Shown here: piece by piece, positions 47,192 through 58,134 of the stretch
Layout: the number at the start of each line of letters is the position of its first letter
Numbering within the stretch: the first letter of the stretch is position 1
Origin: an uncultured Candidatus Saccharibacteria bacterium
Lineage (GTDB): Bacteria; Patescibacteriota; Minisyncoccia; Phycocordibacterales; UBA9973
Reading direction: 5' to 3'
NCBI GenBank assembly: GCA_964496425.1
Contig: CAZBZO010000001.1
Location: 7,265 to 71,264 of the forward strand
Length of the DNA stretch: 64,000 nucleotides
The notes under the pieces: generated by a model
Seen by the model: only the letters and a program-made list of their open reading frames with translations
Told to the model about the DNA's origin: nothing
Database searches by the model: none
Program-made: the position numbers and the translations under genes

Positions 47192-48391
47192 CTAGACTCC
47201 GGAAGCAATATTGTAAATTGGCATCAATACTGAAGCAAGTAATACGCCAACACTCAATCCAAGCGCCACAATCATAACTGGTTCAATGAGTCCGACGAGC
47301 GTATCAACAGCGCTGTCAACTTCACGTTTGTAAAACTTCGCAAGCGTTTTTAAGATTGAAGAAAGCGCGCCTGTTTCCTCCCCCACCTTTACCATTTGTA
47401 TCATGATTTGTGGAATCTGTTCATGGGTTCCCAGTGCATCAGAGAGCGCACTCCCACTCTTGACTGCTTCTACCGAATCCCGAAGAATGGTTTGGTACAC
47501 TTTACTGCCGACAATAGTACTGGTAATTTCAAGCGCGCGCACAATTGATATACCAGAAGAAAGCATTGTGTCGAGATTGTCTGCGATACGTGACAAGTAG
47601 AGTTTACGGTAGAGATTACCAAAGGCCGGAGCAGAGAGCTTGAGGTTATCGAGATAATTCTGCCCTGCTTCACTCTTAGAGAGGTAGTATACATAGAGCC
47701 CAGCAGCAACAAAAAAGATAAGGACAAAAAGACCGTAATTCACAAAGAAATGCGAAATACCGATAACAATTTTAGTATAAAGTGGGATATCCTGTCCGGA
47801 ATCTTCAATGATAGTTGCAAGTTTTGGAATAATCAAAGTGAACATAAGTATCATCACGGCAAAAAATACAATCACCACAAATGCCGGATAGATGAGAGCA
47901 TTTTTTGTTTTTGATGTTAGTTCATACTGACGATCAAGATAATCGGCCAGGTAATTAAAAGTTTGAGTCAATTTTCCCGATTCTTCGCCGGATTTGACCA
48001 TGTTTACATAGAATTCTGAAAATACATCCGGATGTTTAGCGAGGGCGCCGGAGATCGAAAAACCGGCCTGGAGATCATCTGAGACTTGCGTGAGCTTCGT
48101 GCGCAAAAGTTTATTTTCAGCATTGGTGCCAAGCATCGTAAATGCCTTAAGCGCAGAAACTTGGGCTTCAAAAAGAGTAGAGATCTGACGTGAGAGAATA
48201 ACAACGTCTTTAAGTGGAACTTTTTCAAAGAAACCACGGTTAAGAAAGTTTTTCTCTTCTTCGCCTTTCATAGACACCACGATCAATCCACGGCGTTGCA
48301 AAGAAACGATGGCTAGATCTTTGCTCTGTGCATCGATCGAGCCTTCCTTTTTTTCTCCTGTATTGGTGACTGCTTTGTATTTAAAAGTCAT
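47192..48391 (-). CDS. pilC: Type IV pilus platform protein (GspF family)
   Basis: GEESGKL, ALIYP, GEETGAL and LIEP motifs. Confidence 0.95.
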   Translation of the reverse strand: MTFKYKAVTNTGEKKEGSIDAQSKDLAIVSLQRRGLIVVSMKGEEEKNFLNRGFFEKVPLKDVVILSRQISTLFEAQVSALKAFTMLGTNAENKLLRTKLTQVSDDLQAGFSISGALAKHPDVFSEFYVNMVKSGEESGKLTQTFNYLADYLDRQYELTSKTKNALIYPAFVVIVFFAVMILMFTLIIPKLATIIEDSGQDIPLYTKIVIGISHFFVNYGLFVLIFFVAAGLYVYYLSKSEAGQNYLDNLKLSAPAFGNLYRKLYLSRIADNLDTMLSSGISIVRALEITSTIVGSKVYQTILRDSVEAVKSGSALSDALGTHEQIPQIMIQMVKVGEETGALSSILKTLAKFYKREVDSAVDTLVGLIEPVMIVALGLSVGVLLASVLMPIYNIASGV

Positions 48392-48409
48392 AGGGTAGTT
48401 AATTATTTA

Positions 48410-49468
48410 CTAAAGCAGTCTCTCAAGTGCTTTTGGATTGAATGATCGACTGTACGCATTTTCCATCGTGATCTCCCCTGCTCGCACGAGCTCAAGGAGC
48501 GAGCGATTCATGTCCACCATGCCGCCTTCCGATCCCGTCTCAATCACCACGTCGATTTCATGCGTACGTTTTTCTCGAATTAGATTTTGTACGGCACTGT
48601 TGTTGATGAGAAGTTCAAAAGCAGGAATGAGTCCGCCTGTGATACGCGGAACAAGACGTTGAGAGAAGATACCGAGTAATGATCCTGCAAGCTGAATACG
48701 GATCTGGTCTTGTTGTCCAGGCGGAAAAGAATCAACAATACGATCGATCGTCTGTGAAGCGTTGTTGGTGTGGAGCGTAGAGAAGACCAAGTGACCGGTT
48801 TCTGCGGCAGTCACAGCAGTCGCCATGGTTTCCGGAGAACGCATTTCGCCGATCATAATAACATTGACGTCTTCACGAAAAATAGCTTTGAGCGCGGTAT
48901 TGAAATCCTTGGTATCAATACCCACTTCGCGTTGATCGATCAGGGAGCGTTTTTGCTCAAACAAATATTCAATCGGATCTTCCACTGTGATGATATGCTC
49001 GGCGCGCTCGTTGTTGATAAGGTTGATCATGGAAGCCATAGTCGTAGACTTGCCTTGTCCGACCGGACCTACCACGAGGAAAAATCCCTGCTTTTTACGG
49101 GCGAAGCTCTCGAGCACTGGCGGCAGTCGAAGCTCATCGAGCGCTTTGACTTTTGGAATAAGGCGAAATGCTATCGCCGCTGAGCCGCGATGAATGAAAG
49201 CATTGCCTCGCAAGCGCGCTTCGCCACGGAAATCGTAGGAAAAATCTGCTTCTTGATTTTCAACAAAATACGCAAAGCGCTTTTCTGTCAGAATAACTTT
49301 CAAGATCCCCATCATATCTTCTTGAGAAAGTGCAGGATGGCTCGTAAGCGGTACAAGCTCAGATGCTATACGAATCGCCGGCTGACGCGTTGCTGAAAGA
49401 TGGAGGTCCGAACCTTCTTGATGGATGACAGTAAGAATGAGATCGTCGATGAGTTTTTGATAGTCCAT
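48410..49468 (-). CDS. pilT: Type IV pilus retraction ATPase
   Basis: SDLHL, GPVGQGKST, EDPIE, GEMR, AETGHLV and AVQNLIRE. Confidence 0.95.
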   Translation of the reverse strand: MDYQKLIDDLILTVIHQEGSDLHLSATRQPAIRIASELVPLTSHPALSQEDMMGILKVILTEKRFAYFVENQEADFSYDFRGEARLRGNAFIHRGSAAIAFRLIPKVKALDELRLPPVLESFARKKQGFFLVVGPVGQGKSTTMASMINLINNERAEHIITVEDPIEYLFEQKRSLIDQREVGIDTKDFNTALKAIFREDVNVIMIGEMRSPETMATAVTAAETGHLVFSTLHTNNASQTIDRIVDSFPPGQQDQIRIQLAGSLLGIFSQRLVPRITGGLIPAFELLINNSAVQNLIREKRTHEIDVVIETGSEGGMVDMNRSLLELVRAGEITMENAYSRSFNPKALERLL

Positions 49469-49555
49469 TGTCTAAAAGTATACTATATGTTTGTTATGAA
49501 AACTACTTTCTTTTCATGTTTTTGAGAAAATACTGCAACACTCATATTTGCGTCA

Positions 49556-51283
49556 TTAGAGACCGTACACCTCTTGCACTGGCACAATACCTTGGGTACT
49601 TTTCAAAATCGCATCTTCGCGCATAGTGGTAAAACCTTTAGAGCGCACCAGATCAAAGACTTCGGATTCGCCGGGACTCTTCAAGATAAGATCGCGTACT
49701 TCTTTATCAACAGCAAACATTTCCACTACTGCCACGCGGCCGCGTGTACCTGACGGACACTCAGTCGATGGCACTGCTTCATAGAGACTTTTATCAAATG
49801 GGATTTCTTTTCGATACGCTTCAGGGAGGTCAACAAACTGTTTCGTGAGCATTTGCTTAGTACTATCATCGAGTGGCAATGCTTTTTGAGAATTGGGACA
49901 GATCACACGCACAAGTCGTTGCGCGATAGAGAGCGTCAGCGTTGGCGCGATCAAGTACGGATCCACACCCATGTCGATCAAACGCGGTATCACGCCAATA
50001 GCGTTGTTAGTGTGGAGTGTAGAGAAGACCAAGTGACCCGTGAGCGCTGCTTGAATCGCTAATTGTGCAGTTTCTTTGTCGCGGATTTCTCCCACCATGA
50101 TAATGTCCGGGTCCTGACGAAGAATCGAGCGAAGACCCGAAGCAAACGTGTACCCGATCTCCGGCATAACTTGGGATTGATTCATGTCTGGAATGTGGTA
50201 TTCAACTGGATCTTCAAGAGAAATAACATTCGATTTTTCGCGATCAAGTTCGTTCAACATCGAATAGAGTGTGGTGGATTTTCCCGATCCTGTCGGGCCA
50301 GTAATCAAGATGAGCCCGTAAGGACGAGCAAGCGCATCGCGAATCATCGCCATATTGCGCTCTGAAAGTCCCAAAGCAGAAAGTGGTTTTACTCCACGCT
50401 CTGAGTCCAAAATACGCATTTCGACTTTTTCGCCATAATAGGCAGGCAGCGTCGATACACGAAAATCAATCTTTCGTCCCCCGACTTTTGCAGAAAATCC
50501 TCCGTCTTGCGGCTTTCTTTTTTCATCGAGTCGAAGCTTAGCCAAAATCTTAATACGAGCGACTACTCCTGCGTACACATTGATCGGCAAAACGAGACTA
50601 GTGTGAAGTACGCCATCAATACGAAAACGCACTTTGACTTTCTCGCCGGTATTTTCAATATGAATATCGGAGGCATTACCTTCCGTTGCATGGTTTAAAA
50701 TCACTGCGACAATCTTGATGATCGGTGCATCTTCAACAATTTTCTCTTCTTCCCCCGGCTTAAGCTTGTCTTGAATCTTATTGCTGTCAATCAGAACATC
50801 ACGTGCATCAGCTATCTCAGTATCAAGTTCGGTCAGAGCGCGGTCCACTTCCCCAGTCAGACCTTTATAGTTTTCAAGCACCTTTTCAAAATCAGCTCGC
50901 GAAATCAGAAAAACTTTATACGGAATACCAAGCTTGGATGCAATAAATTGGAGTGCATCAAGTGCTTCAATATTGGTTGGATCAAGCACGCCAATCTCCA
51001 GTACCCCATCCAAAAGGCCGAGGGGAACAAATCGATAATGTTTGGCAGAATCTTCAGGAATGTATTTCAACGCTTCAAACGAAACAGCATGCGTATCAAT
51101 TGCTTTGGCTGGAATATTATAAAATTTACTTTTTTGATCAAGAATAGAGGCTTCAGGAATATTTGCTTCGATGAGCGCCTGATCAAGATCACCATCATAT
51201 TTTTCTGCGGCGCGTTCTTTGATGTATGTTATTTGATTTTCTGGAAGAATGCCGGCCGCCGCAAGTGTTTCTAAAAAAGTCAT
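49556..51283 (-). CDS. pilB: Type IV pilus assembly ATPase
   Basis: ASDIHIE, PQDG, GPTGSGKSTTLY, LRQDPD and GEIRD. Confidence 0.95.
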   Translation of the reverse strand: MTFLETLAAAGILPENQITYIKERAAEKYDGDLDQALIEANIPEASILDQKSKFYNIPAKAIDTHAVSFEALKYIPEDSAKHYRFVPLGLLDGVLEIGVLDPTNIEALDALQFIASKLGIPYKVFLISRADFEKVLENYKGLTGEVDRALTELDTEIADARDVLIDSNKIQDKLKPGEEEKIVEDAPIIKIVAVILNHATEGNASDIHIENTGEKVKVRFRIDGVLHTSLVLPINVYAGVVARIKILAKLRLDEKRKPQDGGFSAKVGGRKIDFRVSTLPAYYGEKVEMRILDSERGVKPLSALGLSERNMAMIRDALARPYGLILITGPTGSGKSTTLYSMLNELDREKSNVISLEDPVEYHIPDMNQSQVMPEIGYTFASGLRSILRQDPDIIMVGEIRDKETAQLAIQAALTGHLVFSTLHTNNAIGVIPRLIDMGVDPYLIAPTLTLSIAQRLVRVICPNSQKALPLDDSTKQMLTKQFVDLPEAYRKEIPFDKSLYEAVPSTECPSGTRGRVAVVEMFAVDKEVRDLILKSPGESEVFDLVRSKGFTTMREDAILKSTQGIVPVQEVYGL

Positions 51284-51379
51284 ATACTAACTATATCATT
51301 TTCACACAACGAGCGCACTTTCACATGATGAAAAAATTCTTTACAGGAAACCACATAACACAGACTAATACCGCAAATA

Positions 51380-52015
51380 CTACTGAGCAAGTGTTTTAAA
51401 AATTAATGTTTCTCCGGGGTATGAGGTAGTGCCAATTTGAGCTACCGCGCGAACATAGTAGGTAGTGTTTGGCACAAGACTAGAAATATTTTGCCCAAAA
51501 ACACCTGAAGAAGTCTGAGTAACGGTTGTGGTTTTGGCGCCCATTGTTTCAGTCGTACCATATTCAAACCATCGCGTCGCCGTGATTCCGGAAAGCGTAA
51601 TAGTACCTGAAAAAATTGCAGTCGTTGCAGTTATGCCGGACGGTGCCGTTGTAGCGATCGGAGCAACAGATGAAACGGGGGTGCCATCAACGCCAATCGG
51701 TGCAAATGGATTAGTGCGGCCAGGATTTGTATCCTGCACCAGCGGCTTTGAAAAGTCGACAAGTACACCAAAAGACGGGCTGTCAAATATAGAGTAATCG
51801 AGTTCAATATTTTGAATATTTAAAAGTGTAACAAGAAACTCCTGCCCCAGACTTACATCACTACCAGACAATCCAAGTGTCGTATCATAGACAGGCGTAG
51901 AGGCAAGACCACCTACAGCAGCATCATCTTTTTTAAAAAAGACACTATAACCGACAATCACCACCACCAGGAGGCCGACAAAGATAAGTAGATTTTTGAT
52001 AACTTTTGATTTCAT
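51380..52015 (-). CDS. Membrane-anchored pilus accessory protein with a fibronectin-III-like domain
   Basis: TM, GRTNPFAP, WFEYG...LVPNTTYYVRAVA; sits in the PilP position. Confidence 0.7.
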   Translation of the reverse strand: MKSKVIKNLLIFVGLLVVVIVGYSVFFKKDDAAVGGLASTPVYDTTLGLSGSDVSLGQEFLVTLLNIQNIELDYSIFDSPSFGVLVDFSKPLVQDTNPGRTNPFAPIGVDGTPVSSVAPIATTAPSGITATTAIFSGTITLSGITATRWFEYGTTETMGAKTTTVTQTSSGVFGQNISSLVPNTTYYVRAVAQIGTTSYPGETLIFKTLAQ

Positions 52016-52016
52016 A

Positions 52017-52601
52017 TTAGTTTTTGAGCCAATACGTTTTTATTTTAAACCCATACTTATACGTATCTCCTGTTTCTTCTGTGTCAGACGTAAAATTAAT
52101 TGAGCTGATATCAATGATACGAAGACTCTTTTCGAGATCAGCCAAAAAAAGCAGGAACGTTTGGTACGAGGCCGCAGTATTAAATTCCAAATTGAAACTA
52201 CCGTACTCTTTTTCTTCTTCGAGAATGGTCTCAGGTGTCCCCTGAACAGCATCGGGTGAAACTGGCAGTGGATCAGCTGCAAGTGTATCAAATTTAACAC
52301 TCGTGAGAAGCATGCCATAGTTTGTGGCGATGCGCTGGATGTCTATGATAAGACGTATATTGTCGACATTGTCAGGCAACAGCTTCGACAAACGATCAAT
52401 CTGCTCAGGGGTGAGTGATCGATATTTTTCCGAAAGCGTATCGCGGACTTTTTGAAGATTGAGCGCATTGGTAAGCGCAGCATCATATGCGGCAGCTTCC
52501 TGCTTCAACGTCTTTATCTCTTTATAGGTCGGACTGGTAAAGAGAATAAATGATGCTATAGATAGTAGAATAAGTATACTGGGAAAAATGTAGCGCATCA
52601 T
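52017..52601 (-). CDS. pilO: PilO-like alignment protein
   Basis: TM, coiled coil, KLLPD and FLADLEKSLRIID; synteny. Confidence 0.75.
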   Translation of the reverse strand: MMRYIFPSILILLSIASFILFTSPTYKEIKTLKQEAAAYDAALTNALNLQKVRDTLSEKYRSLTPEQIDRLSKLLPDNVDNIRLIIDIQRIATNYGMLLTSVKFDTLAADPLPVSPDAVQGTPETILEEEKEYGSFNLEFNTAASYQTFLLFLADLEKSLRIIDISSINFTSDTEETGDTYKYGFKIKTYWLKN

Positions 52602-52602
52602 G

Positions 52603-53268
52603 TTAGTTGGACTCGGTTATATTTTCTGGTAAAGGTGCGTCGACTTCGCCAGCATCTTCAGCTCCCGCTAAACCCTGAGACACAATTTGAGCAAAACTAA
52701 CAAAACTCGGGTCAACAACAAAAGAAAGATCGAATGTCACATTACCGGTTTTCTCTTCAAGCGCCAAGTTTGAAAACACCGGATCTTTGAAATATTTGTT
52801 CTCGCCGAATTTATCTGATTGAAGCGCAATCGATGTGTAATCTCTCGCGCGGCCAGACATCGCTACAACGATAGCTGGCGCTCCAGCATCCGCTGAAAGC
52901 TGATACCCGAATTTGGTATACTGGATCGTTTTAAGCGTAATCGCCTCAAGTGAGGTAAAAATAGGCGAAGTTTGTATATGTGTACCGAGCACTTCCTCTG
53001 CTGCGTGGAGGCGTCGGTCGAGCGTTTGCAGATCCTCAATCAGTTTTGGCTCAAATGCAGCTTTGGCTTTTTCGAGTTGCGCAGTTCCACTCGCTATTTG
53101 CTTCACGAGAGAAAGTTTATAGAAATAAACACCACCCGCTGCAAGGAGCGCGGCGAAGAAAACAAGCGTCGCAATAAAAATAGCGAGCGAGACCGGATGT
53201 TCGCGCACGACGCGTTCTTCGGAAAGCGATTTTTTGGGTATAAATGATGTTTGGAAATCTTTATCCAT
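52603..53268 (-). CDS. PilN-like alignment protein
   Basis: FQTSFIPK N-terminus, TM and coiled coil; lies between pilM and pilO. Confidence 0.7.
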   Translation of the reverse strand: MDKDFQTSFIPKKSLSEERVVREHPVSLAIFIATLVFFAALLAAGGVYFYKLSLVKQIASGTAQLEKAKAAFEPKLIEDLQTLDRRLHAAEEVLGTHIQTSPIFTSLEAITLKTIQYTKFGYQLSADAGAPAIVVAMSGRARDYTSIALQSDKFGENKYFKDPVFSNLALEEKTGNVTFDLSFVVDPSFVSFAQIVSQGLAGAEDAGEVDAPLPENITESN

Positions 53269-53382
53269 TACGAGAATTGAAATATATCAAATGCTTTTCA
53301 TATTGTAACACTATTTATGTCTAGTTTGTACATGTATTCAAGACAACTGTGGATAGCGACGCAAATTTTATCGCGCGAGACA

Positions 53383-54510
53383 TTATCCTTCAAGTTCCCG
53401 AAGCGCCAAACCAAGTGCAACTGAAAACTCCGGTCCTGTTTCTGCCAAAACTCCAGCCACGAAAGACGGCACTTCCACTTTGCCAAACGGATTGCCGAGA
53501 ATCACTTCTGAACGAAAGTTGTCGCGGGCAAGCTCGATAAATCCTTTGAGGAGCACGCCGCCGCCAGTCAAAATAACTTTACTGATCGTCTTGTTGTATT
53601 TTTTCTCATAATTTAAGACCACACTGTTTGTTTCCGAAAGAATATAGTCGACGGTAAGCTTCGTGACTTCAGCGATATTTTTATTGGTGGGACTGCCATA
53701 GAGGCCGAATTCCCGTTTCATTTCTTCAGCTTGTGCAAACGGCACGCCAAGTGATGTAGCGAGCGTACTTGAGATGTCATGCGAGCCGCGGTTGACGATA
53801 TGAAAACTCCGCACAATACCGTATTCGATAATCGAAAGCTTGGTGCGAGAAGCGCCCATATCAAGCAGTAAGACCGATGAGAGCTCGTGATTGAACGTTG
53901 ATCTGATAGCGCTAAAAACTTCTATCTCAAAAAAATGAGAATTTAATTTTGTATTCTTGATAATATCTTTGTACTTCGTGATCGTATCGTTGTGGATAGC
54001 GGCAATCAACACTTCGGTTTTTGGTTTTTCTGCCACCTTACCCGCTTCGGATTGCTCAAATGATTCCTCTCGCTTTGGGATAACCCAAAAATCAAGTGAC
54101 ACTTCTGAAATCGGCACCGGAATATATTTGCGCGCTTCGGTCGGCACAATCGTAGGAATTTGTTTTTCGTCGAGCACAGCCGGCAGATCGATCAAAAAAA
54201 TCAAACTTGCCGAAGACGGAATCGAAACGCTGGCTTCTGGTGTCGTCACGCCGGATTCGCGAGTGACGTCTGTGAGTGCTTGAGCAAGCTTGTCGACGGG
54301 AAGATTGGTGATCGTCCCAACATCGCTTCCCCCATAGGGACCCAAGGCAAGTGCGCCGTAGGTTTCAAGCACAGCTTTTGAGCCTTTCTTTTTGAGTTGG
54401 ACAACTTTCACCGAGGATGCACCGATATCGATACCGACGACGCTTTCACTCGAGCGCGAACTGTGCAAAAAACTCATTCCGTCACCCAAAATTTTCTTAA
54501 GTGGATTCAC
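53383..54510 (-). CDS. pilM: Type IV pilus assembly protein PilM
   Basis: GIDIGASSVKVV, EARKYIP, DMGA, LTGGG and ALGLALR. Confidence 0.93.
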   Translation of the reverse strand: MNPLKKILGDGMSFLHSSRSSESVVGIDIGASSVKVVQLKKKGSKAVLETYGALALGPYGGSDVGTITNLPVDKLAQALTDVTRESGVTTPEASVSIPSSASLIFLIDLPAVLDEKQIPTIVPTEARKYIPVPISEVSLDFWVIPKREESFEQSEAGKVAEKPKTEVLIAAIHNDTITKYKDIIKNTKLNSHFFEIEVFSAIRSTFNHELSSVLLLDMGASRTKLSIIEYGIVRSFHIVNRGSHDISSTLATSLGVPFAQAEEMKREFGLYGSPTNKNIAEVTKLTVDYILSETNSVVLNYEKKYNKTISKVILTGGGVLLKGFIELARDNFRSEVILGNPFGKVEVPSFVAGVLAETGPEFSVALGLALRELEG

Positions 54511-54619
54511 AATAGCTTATATGATAAGGATAATTTAAATAAACCTCAAAGTAGAGCGGCACATACTGAAATACCTTCGCAGTTTGAAATTTAAACTCTA
54601 ATCAGTATATCATAAAGAC

Positions 54620-55270
54620 ATGGGTGTTATCCGCACAATTTTAGATATTCTCTTCCCGGTGCACTGTATCGGCTGTAGAACGCAGGATGAGTTTATATGC
54701 CTTGATTGTATCTCCAAATTCCCCCCTGCCGCCCCCAACACTCCTTCGGGAGTCACAGCTCTGTTTTCATACCAACATCCGCTTGTAAAACGCTCACTCT
54801 GGATGCTCAAATACCATCACAAAAAAGGTCTGTCTGAAAACCTCGGGCGAGCGCTCCATGCGGCCATTATTCTGGAATACACTGATCTGCTCCAATTTCA
54901 AAATTTTCATAACCCCCTCCTCATCCCAGCTCCTCTTTCAAAAAAACGTAAACGCCAGCGTGGATTCAATCAAAGTGAGGTTTTGGCAAAAAATATTCAA
55001 AGCGCGGATCATGATCATATATTCCATGTTGAGACGAGCGCAGTGGAGAAAATAATTCACACCAAAAATCAGGCTGATATCCATGATCGGCGCACCCGCC
55101 TTCATAATTTAAGCGGAGTATTCAAAGTAACGCATCCGGAAAAAATAACAGGAAGAAATATTATTTTGATTGATGACGTCACCACGACAGGCGCAACACT
55201 TGCGGAGCTTAAAAAAGTTTTAAAGGAAGCTGGAGCAAAAAAAGTTATTGCTTTTACTGTTGCACACTAA
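54620..55270 (+). CDS. comF: Competence protein ComF (zinc finger plus PRTase)
   Basis: CxxC pairs, RGFNQSE and LIDDVTTTGATL. Confidence 0.92.
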   Translation: MGVIRTILDILFPVHCIGCRTQDEFICLDCISKFPPAAPNTPSGVTALFSYQHPLVKRSLWMLKYHHKKGLSENLGRALHAAIILEYTDLLQFQNFHNPLLIPAPLSKKRKRQRGFNQSEVLAKNIQSADHDHIFHVETSAVEKIIHTKNQADIHDRRTRLHNLSGVFKVTHPEKITGRNIILIDDVTTTGATLAELKKVLKEAGAKKVIAFTVAH

Positions 55271-55320
55271 ATACATCTTCGCAGTTCCTTGCCACGCAAA
55301 AAATTTGCTATGATACCAGC

Positions 55321-56529
55321 ATGTCAAAAAAAATCCCGTGCCCTGATTGCGGCGATGCGCCCGTTTCTCATCCCCTTGAGTGGCTGACTGCCGCTATGGA
55401 TTCGTTTATGATTCCCTTGTCGAAGCCGACCGATGGTATTTGGCATGCGATTGAGCCAGTCGTCGGCAACACACTCTATAATCATATCGGTCCACTTTTC
55501 TTTCAATTCATGACTTTGATCGGGCTCGGTACTATCACAAAAGCGCCGAACGAAAAAACTGGCGGACGAGCTCGGGTCCTCTGGGACGAAGCGACACGCC
55601 GCGGCATACGTATGTGGGAATTTCACCTTTTTGGCGTTGGGCGCGAAGCTTTCGTCGCAACGTACAATGGCAGAACAAAATGCTTTTCAAGCTTACCGCG
55701 CCCGGGCGTGTCAGACTCCAAAGGTATCGCCTGGATGGATGACAAAGAAGTCATGCGAGAAAAGTTTGCCGCGGCGGGGATACCGATCTCGCGCGGAGGC
55801 AAATGTTTTCTTTACGCTCGAGCAAAACATTTTTTTGATACGCTTGAAAAACCGCTCGTCATCAAGCCCCACACCGGTTCTCGCTCTCGTCATACGACTA
55901 CTCATATCACGACAGAAGCCGAACTTAAGCGCGCATTTTATAGTGCCAAACAGCTCTCGCCATGGATCATCGTCGAAGAGGAAGATCAGGGATTCGTGTA
56001 TCGCGGCACACTGATCGGAGGAAAAGTGGCTGGAGTCCTGCGCCGTGAGCCGCCAGATGTGACAGGCGATGGTGTCCATACCGTACGGGAACTTGTTGAG
56101 CTTGAAAATAAAAATCCAAAACGAACTGGTGATATTTTCCACACGATTTTAAAAGACAAAGACGCCGAAACCGAACTTGCGCGGCAAAATCTCACATGGG
56201 AAAGTATTCCGTCAAAAGACAGTATCGTCACCCTCTCTCAAAAAGCATCCCGCGGTATTGGCGGCGGCACGACTGATGTAACAGATATCGCGCATCCTGA
56301 AAATATAAAAATGCTCGAGCATATAGCAGAAGTGGTTGGCGATCCGATCATTGGCGTGGATTTTATTTTAAGCGATATAGAAAAACCATGGCAAGAACAA
56401 AAACACGCCAGTGTGCTTGAATGCAATTCCCTACCCTTCATCGATCTTCATCACTTCCCGCTCCACGGCTCGCCTCGCAATGTCGCCGGCATGATTTGGG
56501 ATATGATTTTTCCTGAACTTAAAAAATAG
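55321..56529 (+). CDS. ATP-grasp protein resembling the N-terminal part of cyanophycin synthetase
   Basis: DDKE, LVIKP, VTGDGVHTVRELV, GVDF and ECNSLP; no Mur ligase domain. Confidence 0.75.
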   Translation: MSKKIPCPDCGDAPVSHPLEWLTAAMDSFMIPLSKPTDGIWHAIEPVVGNTLYNHIGPLFFQFMTLIGLGTITKAPNEKTGGRARVLWDEATRRGIRMWEFHLFGVGREAFVATYNGRTKCFSSLPRPGVSDSKGIAWMDDKEVMREKFAAAGIPISRGGKCFLYARAKHFFDTLEKPLVIKPHTGSRSRHTTTHITTEAELKRAFYSAKQLSPWIIVEEEDQGFVYRGTLIGGKVAGVLRREPPDVTGDGVHTVRELVELENKNPKRTGDIFHTILKDKDAETELARQNLTWESIPSKDSIVTLSQKASRGIGGGTTDVTDIAHPENIKMLEHIAEVVGDPIIGVDFILSDIEKPWQEQKHASVLECNSLPFIDLHHFPLHGSPRNVAGMIWDMIFPELKK

Positions 56530-56543
56530 TTACTATCCAAATA

Positions 56544-57065
56544 TTATTCGTGTGAGGTTTTCTCGTGAGCTTTTTCAAATCTCTCTTCTTCTTCAAACGT
56601 GAGCTCCGAATCTGGATCGGGCAAGGCAACGTCGCGCACAAGATGTGAAATATATTTTTCACTGACCACAAACTCGCCGAGGAATTTCTTGAAGTCCTCT
56701 GTTTTATCGATTTCGCCTTTTTCAATGAAGTGATCGACAGGATGTGCTTCTGGAGTGTATTCAAAGTGGCCGCGGATTTCGCCATCGTTGTAAACCCGTA
56801 GATGATACTGCTGACTGAAAGATGTGAGCTTACGCCAAGAAAGAACTTGATCGTCGTCCGCCCAAGCCACGAAATGGTTGCCGAAACCCCAGACTTCGTG
56901 GAGATGATTTTTAAGCTCTTCAAGTGTGCGCCCTGGAGCAAGCCAGCCAACTGAATAGCGCTGTCGGCCTTTTTCATGAAATGGCAAAAAAAGCTTCTCA
57001 ATCCGCGGGAATACCGGGTAGAGTTCTTTCCACATGTGCTGTTTGAGTCGTTGCCAAAAATTCAT
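56544..57065 (-). CDS. Hypothetical protein
   Basis: 173 aa with QYHLRVY...GHFEYTPE; TATACT just upstream of the ATG. Confidence 0.7.
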   Translation of the reverse strand: MNFWQRLKQHMWKELYPVFPRIEKLFLPFHEKGRQRYSVGWLAPGRTLEELKNHLHEVWGFGNHFVAWADDDQVLSWRKLTSFSQQYHLRVYNDGEIRGHFEYTPEAHPVDHFIEKGEIDKTEDFKKFLGEFVVSEKYISHLVRDVALPDPDSELTFEEEERFEKAHEKTSHE

Positions 57066-57104
57066 AGTAAGTAGTATACCGCGGAATTCTAATTGACTGA
57101 AAGT

Positions 57105-58106
57105 TTACAATTTCCTCATAAATTTATCTCGCCCACGGGAAAGGAGTGATGGCTTGCCATCTTGATTTTTGGGAACATCATCTAAGACAAATGCTTCAGT
57201 GTCGACTGCATCAACAATTTTTCGCAATTCTGGATCGTTGTTTATTTGCCGTTCAATATCAATGAGTTCATTTTTGTTTTCAAGCACAAGTACCCCTTTT
57301 CCAGAGTACGCACCATATTCATGAAACTTAGCGCCTGAGCCAATATCTCCGCGCAGTGAATCTCCAACAAAAATCAAACGATCGGTCGCAACAGGAATCC
57401 CTCGCGATATAAGATCTTCAATCAAATGTCGAATCGCAATTTCTTTGCCGCCGCCAACCATTGTTTCATCCGTGGCAATATCAATAAAAAGATCTGCCAA
57501 ACCCAAATACTTGGCGAGTTTCTTTACAAAAACATCAGCATTGGCTGTCATACCCACCATGCCAACACCAAGGCGTTTATAATATTCAGCAAGTACAAAA
57601 ATTGGCTCAATTTTGGCTTGCTCGAATTCTTCCGGTTTTGTTTGATAGACGCTATCTGCGATAGCACTCGCAGCCTCTCCATACTGCGCCAAATATTGTG
57701 CGGCGGTTTCATGCGCTTCGTTCCCTGCTTCATCAATTTCTGCGCCATACAATTTTAGGCGTTCGCTGATATACACTTCAGGATCTTTCCATGCTGTATG
57801 ACCATCCACATAAATACCATGCATTCGATCAAACTCTCTGTAAGAATTGCCAAGTTTGAAACCCTTAAAATAGGTCTCGGCAAGCTCGGGATCAGCATCA
57901 GGAAACAATGTGCCAATCGCTTGAGTATGAATAGAGGTCAGATGCGCCAGTGTTTTATCAATATCAAAAAAAGCAATGGCTTTAGTTTTACCATCTTCCG
58001 CTAGGCTGATACGGAGTTCAGCGTGACTGCCATCTACCTTTTCAAGGCGAGATGGGATAGAAATAGAGGATTTTTCTTGGTTGGATGGTAGATCTTCAAA
58101 TGACAT
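57105..58106 (-). CDS. HAD-superfamily hydrolase
   Basis: FFDIDKTL, MTAN and VGDSLRGD. Confidence 0.75.
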   Translation of the reverse strand: MSFEDLPSNQEKSSISIPSRLEKVDGSHAELRISLAEDGKTKAIAFFDIDKTLAHLTSIHTQAIGTLFPDADPELAETYFKGFKLGNSYREFDRMHGIYVDGHTAWKDPEVYISERLKLYGAEIDEAGNEAHETAAQYLAQYGEAASAIADSVYQTKPEEFEQAKIEPIFVLAEYYKRLGVGMVGMTANADVFVKKLAKYLGLADLFIDIATDETMVGGGKEIAIRHLIEDLISRGIPVATDRLIFVGDSLRGDIGSGAKFHEYGAYSGKGVLVLENKNELIDIERQINNDPELRKIVDAVDTEAFVLDDVPKNQDGKPSLLSRGRDKFMRKL

Positions 58107-58134
58107 ATAGGGAGTATAGCAGACACAGAAATCT

